Source of the DNA: a virus
Lineage: Duplodnaviria; Caudoviricetes
Length of the DNA: 51,046 nucleotides
Virus record (IMG/VR): IMGVR_UViG_3300032261_000008
Span: 1 to 51,046 of that record
Reading direction: 5' to 3' (one strand)
The first letter of the stretch is position 1, and each line of letters starts with the position of its first letter. The notes under the pieces are model-generated. The model saw nothing but the letters and a program-made list of their open reading frames with translations, ran no database searches and had not been told where the DNA came from. Both the position numbers and the translations under genes were made by a program. This document shows positions 44,620-51,046 of the stretch, in pieces.

Positions 44620-44784
44620 TCACCCCTTCCGATCGAAATACTTGCACCAGCCCTTCGGACTGATCAGCCCCTTCACGATCTTGCAGCCATCCGGCTCAAT
44701 GAAAAACCTGCACAGCGCGCAACGCTCGTTCATGTATTTTGCCCAAGACGTATAGTCTGCCGCCTCCTTGCTCATGGTACCCAT
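44620..44784 (-). CDS. HiPIP-like [4Fe-4S] mini-protein (54 aa; not in ORF track)
   Basis: RCALCRFFIEPDGCKIVKGLISPKGWCKYF matches the HiPIP four-Cys pattern; AAGGA RBS. Confidence 0.8.
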   Translation of the reverse strand: MGTMSKEAADYTSWAKYMNERCALCRFFIEPDGCKIVKGLISPKGWCKYFDRKG

Positions 44785-44800
44785 TATGTTTCCTTATTCG

Positions 44801-44995
44801 TCATAGATCATCCACAAACTGGAATAATTCGATATCCGTAAAATATCTGGTCCAGGCCGGATCTTGCCTCACATGCGTAAGAAAGGCCGCCTTGGCATGA
44901 TCGTGATCCTTCGCAAACCGCAGACACGCCGGCCATAGCTCATCCATATCCCATTCGCGTTTCCATTTATCAAACCATCGTCTTATAACGCCCAT
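44801..44995 (-). CDS. Hypothetical protein (64 aa)
   Basis: Overlaps the TerL end. Confidence 0.6.
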   Translation of the reverse strand: MGVIRRWFDKWKREWDMDELWPACLRFAKDHDHAKAAFLTHVRQDPAWTRYFTDIELFQFVDDL

Positions 44996-46545
44996 TGCGA
45001 GCCTTTCATTTTCTTTTTCTCCTTGCTGCGGCTGCCATCCGCCAGCCAGATGCCGTCAGGCTTCAGTCCGACCGCCCCCGTCATCCCGGCGTCAGCCGCA
45101 TTGCTCGCCCAATTGTGCAACGGGACCGACGTCCACTGTGCCAGCTGTTTGCTCCACGTCTTGCGGTAATTATCGAGGCATTCCACCAGCCTCGTACAAT
45201 GCTCGCTATCGATCCACGTCAATGACAGCATCTTGCGCAACGCCTCGATCGCATCCTCCTTGTCAAGTACCCGAGGCACGATCTCGAAGTCGATCCCAAG
45301 GTCTGACGCTATCTCCTTCCGCGTCTTCGCATCATTCGCCCAACTGCGATGGCCAATATCATGCGGGCCATAATGTTTGCCAAGCGTAAAGCCACGCTTT
45401 GCAGCGATCTCATGCACCTTGCTGGCATAATGCTGCACGCCCTCGCCAACGTTCTCGTAATAGTCGATAATGCGATGCCGCGTTCCGTCCGTCTGATGAA
45501 ACCAAATAGCGTTCTGGTTATTCTTGGTTTCCAACCCGATATCCCAGAACGTATTGACCAAATAGTTGGGATCATGCGGGATCGGATAGCCTATCCTGCG
45601 CTCTTCTCTAGCCTTCTGCATCTCCTTCTTAAACCACGTGCCCTCCATCGAATTGTAGAAGGTCTCTTCCATCATGCTCGGAAATTCCGAGTGCATGTCG
45701 TCGCGCCCGAGCGTCTGATGCTTCAGCACATACCAAGCTTTCTGCTCCGGCGTCAGACTGATGGCGTGCTTGTGGAACAGAATATCAAAATAGTCGCGCA
45801 TCTCGCTGCTGATGATCGCAAGGTTGGTCTGCACCGCATATTTCGGGTCCATCCACCATGCGAAAAAATGTAACCTGAAGTCTAGCTGTGACAGCGACTG
45901 CCCTGAGCGCATCTTGGCCTCGGCGGTCTGCACCATGTCATAGAATTGACCGCTTGTGCCGTGCGCGGTGCTTTCGATCTTTACCTTTTGACCGGGGGCG
46001 ATGGTATTTAAGGCGCCCGTTTTTATCTCGCGTGCAATATCCGGTTTGTCCGTCGCTATCTTCCCATACTCCGATATATGCAAATACTGCAGCGTCCCAC
46101 CGCGGTGGCTGGTCCCCACATAACACGTAGATCCGTTTGACCATTTAAGCTCCTCTTCGTTGTCCTTGATCAACCGGATCGTTTCGCGCACCGAAGACGG
46201 CGTCCCTATATAGGCGGTCCTAACCTTCTGCAGCTTCAGCTTGGCATCATCCAGCGTATAGTCGATGATGCCTGCCGTGAAGTTCTTGCGCCAAATACAA
46301 TGATCGGCAATGTCTATGGCTATCTCAGAAGACATGCCAAGCTGCCGGGCCTTGACCACGATATCAAGCAGCCATTGCTCTCGTGCATACTTCTGTTGAG
46401 CTACCCGCCGCCGATAGGGCACCAATTGCCCCTGTTCATTAAGGATCGAATACAGAGAATTCATCCGCCTATCACGATCGGAAAACCGATAGCGCAAGTC
46501 TTTATAAATGTCTGACCCCTTGAGAATAGAAACTGGTTCGGTCAT
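44983..46545 (-). CDS. terL: Terminase large subunit
   Basis: KARQLGMS Walker A, RGGTLQYLHISE Walker B, ESTA, TFWDIG, HNWASNAADA. Confidence 0.95.
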   Translation of the reverse strand: MTEPVSILKGSDIYKDLRYRFSDRDRRMNSLYSILNEQGQLVPYRRRVAQQKYAREQWLLDIVVKARQLGMSSEIAIDIADHCIWRKNFTAGIIDYTLDDAKLKLQKVRTAYIGTPSSVRETIRLIKDNEEELKWSNGSTCYVGTSHRGGTLQYLHISEYGKIATDKPDIAREIKTGALNTIAPGQKVKIESTAHGTSGQFYDMVQTAEAKMRSGQSLSQLDFRLHFFAWWMDPKYAVQTNLAIISSEMRDYFDILFHKHAISLTPEQKAWYVLKHQTLGRDDMHSEFPSMMEETFYNSMEGTWFKKEMQKAREERRIGYPIPHDPNYLVNTFWDIGLETKNNQNAIWFHQTDGTRHRIIDYYENVGEGVQHYASKVHEIAAKRGFTLGKHYGPHDIGHRSWANDAKTRKEIASDLGIDFEIVPRVLDKEDAIEALRKMLSLTWIDSEHCTRLVECLDNYRKTWSKQLAQWTSVPLHNWASNAADAGMTGAVGLKPDGIWLADGSRSKEKKKMKGSQWAL

Positions 46546-46551
46546 CGCGCA

Positions 46552-46920
46552 TCACAAGAATGAAGCCGCGTCGCAGAACGAAAAGGTCGCTCCCGCGTTC
46601 CAGTTGATATAATTAAAACCCGATAGCCGTCGCGACAAATTCCCGGCTGTGCGCGCATTGCTGGCAAGTGGCCCAAGTAACTGCAACTCATATCTAATTT
46701 GCTGGTTATCCGGAACCTCAATCCCAAGCACCCTTGCCGTGTCAATACCCGGGCCAGGGAAGATGATCGACACCGGCGTCGCACCATTGGAAACCCCCAG
46801 CGCGCTCCATACGGGGGGTTCTTCAGCAAGCCACACCGTATCCACCGCCATGCGCCGCTGATGCGAGACAAACATTTGCGCAAGGCCGTTGTACCCGAAG
46901 ATGCGGACCGTGAAAGCCAT
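46552..46920 (-). CDS. Hypothetical protein (122 aa)
   Basis: TGATG coupling, operon position. Confidence 0.75.
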   Translation of the reverse strand: MAFTVRIFGYNGLAQMFVSHQRRMAVDTVWLAEEPPVWSALGVSNGATPVSIIFPGPGIDTARVLGIEVPDNQQIRYELQLLGPLASNARTAGNLSRRLSGFNYINWNAGATFSFCDAASFL

Positions 46921-47120
46921 CAGTGTCTTATCCCTATCGAACCAAACCGGCGCTTGCCGACCGGCTTACCTTTGTGCACCCGCGCCGGAAGGTGCTTATA
47001 GGCTCCCGGCCCATGTGGTGATGCCGCTATGAACTCCCGCGCCACCTTTGCGGTCTTCTCTGGGGCATTTTCTGCTGCCCAGCGAGCCCACCGGTTTTGT
47101 GCCAAAGACACGAGCGGCAT
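46920..47120 (-). CDS. Small basic phage protein (MPxxSxAQ type)
   Basis: MPLVSLAQNRW...VAREF...LPARV; GGAGG RBS. Confidence 0.75.
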   Translation of the reverse strand: MPLVSLAQNRWARWAAENAPEKTAKVAREFIAASPHGPGAYKHLPARVHKGKPVGKRRFGSIGIRH

Positions 47121-47138
47121 TTCACCCTCCTCATCTAT

Positions 47139-47225
47139 TTACCAACCGGACTTTGGCTTCGGCCTGCGCCAGCTAGGCTTTGGCTTCGGTCTGCGAGGCG
47201 GCTTGGGTTTTGGTTTCCTTGCCAT
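47139..47225 (-). CDS. 28-aa Lys/Arg/Pro-rich peptide MARKPKPKPPRRPKPKPSWRRPKPKSGW
   Basis: GAGGAG RBS; open to TAA 47141..47139. Confidence 0.6.
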   Translation of the reverse strand: MARKPKPKPPRRPKPKPSWRRPKPKSGW

Positions 47226-47328
47226 TTCGTTCTCCTCATTTTCACCTACGGGCTTGGCTTTACTGGCGATGCCCTGCTGGAACCGCCAGTAAACATCTTT
47301 GATCATCTACGAACCTGGCCACCCCCTG

Positions 47329-47907
47329 TTACCTACGGGGTTGGCCACCGCTGTAGGCGACTGAACCACTCGCGGAAGCTGAACCGCTTGCGCTCCCGCT
47401 GCCGCCGTCCGGGGGGACCGGTTGCGGCTTGCCACCTCCGCCCGGTGGGTACCAGATCAGAACAAAACCCCACCTGTTCGTCCAGTACCATTGCCAGCCC
47501 TCGCTAAGCCCACCATCGGGCGGACATATCGGCGGCTTTTCCGGTGGGGTTGGCGGTTCTGGCAGCACGATCGGATGCGCCGGATGGGGCGGCATCGGCC
47601 GCGCCCACGGCGGCGAATAACCCGGATCAACCGGAGGCTCGGGATAGTGGATCGGCGGTGTCGCCACTGGAGGATAATAGATCGGCGGCGTCGCTATGCC
47701 AGCAGGAGGATAGTGGATCGGTGGCGTGACCACAGCATCTGGAGGCCATACCCCAGGCGGTTGGTAGATCGGATGCGCCGGATAGACCGGGGGTGTCGCG
47801 ATCGGATGCGCAGGAACAGGCGGCGGTCCAGGGATGCCATAGCCTGGATCGACCGGACGCTGCTGATCATCAAGCAGAATGATGTACGCAAGAGAACTCC
47901 TCGCCAT
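47329..47907 (-). CDS. Proline-rich repeat protein (PVDPGY / HPI..PP repeats)
   Basis: AGGAGG RBS; internal repeats; WYW..RWG C-terminal motif. Confidence 0.8.
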   Translation of the reverse strand: MARSSLAYIILLDDQQRPVDPGYGIPGPPPVPAHPIATPPVYPAHPIYQPPGVWPPDAVVTPPIHYPPAGIATPPIYYPPVATPPIHYPEPPVDPGYSPPWARPMPPHPAHPIVLPEPPTPPEKPPICPPDGGLSEGWQWYWTNRWGFVLIWYPPGGGGKPQPVPPDGGSGSASGSASASGSVAYSGGQPRR

Positions 47908-47921
47908 TGTGACCTCCTAGC

Positions 47922-48290
47922 CTATTGGTTATCCGCCATGAACCCGGGGGGAAGCACATTCCCCATCCCACCGGTAACACCGGGGACCGCTGTCGGTGCG
48001 CCCATGTCCGGTAACGAGGCCGCAGCGCCCGGAACGGGTAAAGGCGCAGCAACGGGCCGTTTCTTTCCGATCGCCCCAAAGGGCGCTTTCGGCAATGCTG
48101 GCATTTTGGGGATACCAGGCGGGGCCGCGATCGAAGCGGCGATCCTGTCATGATGGGCTTGCGTGATGTGCCCCTGCTGCAGCAGATGTTTTGCACTGGC
48201 ACGGGTCAGGTTGCGCATATGAGACGGCGTCTGTGCCATCATCTGAGCCGGTGTCTTTGTCATCATCATATGAGCTGATATCTTTGCCAT
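47922..48290 (-). CDS. Hypothetical Pro/Ala/Met-rich protein
   Basis: Operon position. Confidence 0.65.
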   Translation of the reverse strand: MAKISAHMMMTKTPAQMMAQTPSHMRNLTRASAKHLLQQGHITQAHHDRIAASIAAPPGIPKMPALPKAPFGAIGKKRPVAAPLPVPGAAASLPDMGAPTAVPGVTGGMGNVLPPGFMADNQ

Positions 48291-48332
48291 GATAGCGACC
48301 CTTTCTCAAAACGCCGGCACCGTATCAGACCA

Positions 48333-48572
48333 TCATGACAGATGCCATATTCTCACGAGTTTGAGCCCCTTTTCGGTGCGCTGCATCTTCCACAGATGGC
48401 CCTTCTGATCGGCGAATACCTGCATGAGACCGGCTTGCTCTGGCAGCATGGCCGCCTGCCACGGTATCTCATCGATACCGCCGTTCAAGATCATATACCG
48501 GATGGTATTATGGTTGGCCTTGATCTGTTCGATCGGCGTCAGTCGGCCGCCATCATCCGCGCGCTTATCCAT
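48333..48572 (-). CDS. Hypothetical protein (79 aa)
   Basis: GGAGGGG RBS. Confidence 0.65.
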   Translation of the reverse strand: MDKRADDGGRLTPIEQIKANHNTIRYMILNGGIDEIPWQAAMLPEQAGLMQVFADQKGHLWKMQRTEKGLKLVRIWHLS

Positions 48573-48588
48573 TATGACCCCTCCTCGA

Positions 48589-48630
48589 GAAAAAGGGCGG
48601 CGGAAGGAGCATCACCACCTCCCGCCGCCC
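48589..48630 (-). terminator. Intrinsic terminator with a 10-nt loop UGGUGAUGCU
   Basis: 13-bp stem GGGCGGCGGGAGG/CCTTCCGCCGCCC + TTTTT. Confidence 0.8.
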
Positions 48631-48680
48631 CGGCGTCGCACGCTTGCTGCTGCTGCAAGGACCATACGCCAAGCCACATT

Positions 48681-49004
48681 CTATCTCTGAGGTTCCACAT
48701 GGTCAACTGGGGGCTTACTCTCGACTGGAAGCTTATTCCCTTCGGTCTCGACTCGGGGCTTATTACCTTCGATCATCTGCTGCACGACCTCGCAAGTCTC
48801 AATGACCGCCACCGCCTTGCCATCAGCCAAATTGATCAGGCAATTGGTGGCCTTGTGATACATCCGATCATGCTCGGTCACACCTTCCCGCGGCCCACGC
48901 AGACTCGTTATCTGATCCGGGTTGACCTCAATGGCCGCGCCATCAGCACCATGCAATAGAATAAGAACGAACAGGAAGAGCATATCTTCCCCCATCTGTT
49001 GCAC
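48681..49004 (-). CDS. FlbD-like small protein with hydrophobic N-terminus
   Basis: ILLHGADG..IEVNPDQITSL...INLADGK.VAV.ET...V...I. Confidence 0.55.
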   Translation of the reverse strand: MQQMGEDMLFLFVLILLHGADGAAIEVNPDQITSLRGPREGVTEHDRMYHKATNCLINLADGKAVAVIETCEVVQQMIEGNKPRVETEGNKLPVESKPPVDHVEPQR

Positions 49005-50800
49005 TACGCAAGGACAACCCCCTTCCAGGCGCCGTCATATATCCAGAACTTGTGGTTGGTCGTGTCATAGATCATAGGCACAAGACCGGTATATGTCGCC
49101 GCGGGAACACCAGTCGGTGCACCGGCGCACGTGGGAATGTAAAAGAAGCCGGTTGTGGCAGTCGTAGCAAGCGCGCCACCGACAGCGGCCCCGACAGCAA
49201 CATTGCGCTTGCTGTCGATACGAAGCGCCTCAATAGGGGAAACAGAGCCACTGGCGGCAACATCGAAATACAAAGCCCCCGGCATCCCGCCAACAGCTGG
49301 AACATTATCAACCAGCGCACGGATCTGAGACGATCTGCCAAACTGCGTGCTGTCATCCCCGGCAAACACAAGCCGGCCAATTTCATCCGCATTCTGAACC
49401 GTGGTGAATGTACCGGGACTGGTAGACCGGGACTTGAGCATCTGCAGAGAAACGCCTCGGTTATCCGCTATCCAGGCCTGATAACCCGCCCCACCGGTAA
49501 AGTCAGCATAACCGGCAATATTCAACCTCGGTACGGATAACCCGGATGCCGCATAACGCTGGCCCGTGGTCAGGCCCAGGAATGTCTCCCCACTCGGTCC
49601 GGTAAATATGCCAGCCAGCGCAGGCGAGCTGACGTTGCCGCCCCCGTTGCCAACGTACCACGTGTTTCGAACCATGATGGTCGTGTTGGCAACGGCATTG
49701 TTGATACCATAGCCAGCATTGTTGCGGATCGTTGTGCCATCAACAAGGATGATAACCGTCGTACTGTTGTTCCGAATGCCATCCCGACCCGAATTGTAAA
49801 TTGTCCCGCCGATAAACTGCACAATGCCGTTATGGCCGCTGACAATACTTACATCGTCCTGGCCGGACGAACTCGATGCGATCCAGGTGCCATCAAATGA
49901 AAACCAAGCACTGGCATTGGTCAACGTGTCGGCAAGCTGAACACATGGCCCGCTTGACGGACTATCAAGCGCCAAAGCCGGACCGAAGAAAACCTCACGG
50001 TTGCCCTCGGCGGCATAGTCATTTGAAATACGTAAATTTATGCCGTTGCCAATAACGTTGCCCGAATTGAAATACAGTCCGCCAAACCCGCCAGCGACAT
50101 GAACGCCGATAGCGCATAATGAAACCTTCAGGCCTTCGCGAATGGTTAGATCAGCCTTTGCACCTGTACCCACTGTGCCGTTAATGCGCAGTCCATCCTG
50201 TTGGGCAACTATCTCACGCCCACCATAGACGCAATTATCCAAAGCATCCCACCAAACGCCATTGAAAAGCTTGTTGCCGGCCGCGCCGTAGCGGGACTGC
50301 CCGGCTACGCTGAAATTAATTTCGGACTGGATGACGTTCTTGATATGAACGGCAGCGCCTGCCGTCATGGTCGTATTGCTATCGATATAAATAGAACCAA
50401 TTCTTATCCGGGCCTGCTGCACAGCGCCAGTAATGTCACCCACAGTAATGATGTCTGATGTGGTTCCCGCACCTGTATATCTAATTACGACCTCTGTAGC
50501 GGCACTCTGGGTTTCTAACGCAAAATAACTGCCATTCAACGTCAACGGCTGCGATGTCATGTAAATGCCGGAAGATAAAACACCGGCTCGAGGAGCAGAT
50601 AAAGAAGCGCCTGCCAGCCATGTAAAAAACGCCTGCAAAGCAATACTGTCATCCGTCGCACCATTCCCAACAGCGCCAAAGTCTTTTGCATTCGCAACCA
50701 TTGCAAACCGGTCCGCAAGGTCCTGCGATGTCGTTCCCACACTCGCCAAAAACGGCAAGCTATTTATGTCGGTCCCCACAATTTGGCGAGAAAAGACCAT
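49004..50800 (-). CDS. Tailspike/depolymerase-like right-handed beta-helix protein
   Basis: NAKDFGAVGNGATDDSIALQA pectate-lyase-3-type start; beta-helix repeats; start set at MVFS after GGAGG. Confidence 0.88.
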   Translation of the reverse strand: MVFSRQIVGTDINSLPFLASVGTTSQDLADRFAMVANAKDFGAVGNGATDDSIALQAFFTWLAGASLSAPRAGVLSSGIYMTSQPLTLNGSYFALETQSAATEVVIRYTGAGTTSDIITVGDITGAVQQARIRIGSIYIDSNTTMTAGAAVHIKNVIQSEINFSVAGQSRYGAAGNKLFNGVWWDALDNCVYGGREIVAQQDGLRINGTVGTGAKADLTIREGLKVSLCAIGVHVAGGFGGLYFNSGNVIGNGINLRISNDYAAEGNREVFFGPALALDSPSSGPCVQLADTLTNASAWFSFDGTWIASSSSGQDDVSIVSGHNGIVQFIGGTIYNSGRDGIRNNSTTVIILVDGTTIRNNAGYGINNAVANTTIMVRNTWYVGNGGGNVSSPALAGIFTGPSGETFLGLTTGQRYAASGLSVPRLNIAGYADFTGGAGYQAWIADNRGVSLQMLKSRSTSPGTFTTVQNADEIGRLVFAGDDSTQFGRSSQIRALVDNVPAVGGMPGALYFDVAASGSVSPIEALRIDSKRNVAVGAAVGGALATTATTGFFYIPTCAGAPTGVPAATYTGLVPMIYDTTNHKFWIYDGAWKGVVLA

Positions 50801-50811
50801 TGTTGCCTCCA

Positions 50812-50861
50812 TTCATCTCATGTAGGTCCCAACAAGTTCATCTCATGTAGGTCCCAGCAAG
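50812..50861. repeat. Tandem 25-bp duplication spanning the stop of 50843..51025
   Basis: TTCATCTCATGTAGGTCCCA(A/G)CAAG x2. Confidence 0.9.
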
Positions 50862-51025
50862 TAAAAACCATCCGCACCCAAAAGAAGCTCACCGTCAGCC
50901 CCCACCAAATAAACCAACCCAGACCCCAATAAATAAGCACCATCTCCACCCTGAAGGAACGCGCCATCAGCCCCCTGCAAATAAACTAACCCATCCGGTG
51001 GAACAGGAAGCTGAGGCTCAAACAC
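50843..51025 (-). CDS. Small repeat protein (L.GADG.YL repeats), probably 5'-incomplete
   Basis: Repeats of LxGADGxxL; near the window edge. Confidence 0.65.
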   Translation of the reverse strand: MFEPQLPVPPDGLVYLQGADGAFLQGGDGAYLLGSGLVYLVGADGELLLGADGFYLLGPT

Positions 51026-51046
51026 AATGCGCCGCGCGCTCTCGAT

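Noticed and set aside
48606-48617. GGAGCATCACCA as a tRNA 3' end/attP
   Set aside because: No T-arm or cloverleaf upstream and no integrase seen
27391-48959. Long plus-strand ORFs (27391..28329, 29285..29956, 36783..37346, 39174..39908, 47422..48153, 48342..48959)
   Set aside because: Antisense shadows of well-supported minus-strand genes in GC-rich DNA; no motifs
46546-51046. Terminase small subunit
   Set aside because: No ORF here shows a recognisable TerS pattern; it may lie outside the window or be too divergent

Overview
Nearly complete (~51 kb, both ends open) dsDNA tailed phage of podovirus type: P22-like portal, N4-gp56/DUF4043-type capsid protein, tubular-tail proteins, large ejection proteins and no tape measure. 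The host is probably an alphaproteobacterium (Rhizobiales-like), inferred from GC-rich coding, TTGAC/TTGAAC-N17-CTACAT-type promoters and a GapR-like protein. Layout: small early/accessory genes (1-4045); a leftward replication/modification operon (cro-like, GapR-like, RuvC-like, MT-A70, SF2 helicase) interrupted by a rightward N6/N4 methyltransferase; a rightward recombination operon (ERF, YqaJ); and a long leftward late operon (TerL, portal, scaffold, capsid, tail, ejection, fibres, amidase). No integrase, CI repressor, primase, replication initiator, tRNA or CRISPR array was seen. The most notable unexplained structures are: (1) a repeated early-promoter module made of an identical AGTTATCCACAG DnaA box, a sigma70 promoter, a covarying 5-bp hairpin and GAGCATCAC-ATG; (2) a ~430-bp structured non-coding region upstream of the helicase operon with a convergent small antisense transcript, arranged like ColE1 RNAII/RNAI; (3) virion-module proteins with signal peptides and paired cysteines; (4) a PAPS-reductase-like gene bracketed by a duplicated 3' end of a HiPIP-like gene, one of several stop-codon-spanning duplications. 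Protein family calls come from motif recognition by eye, with no database search.
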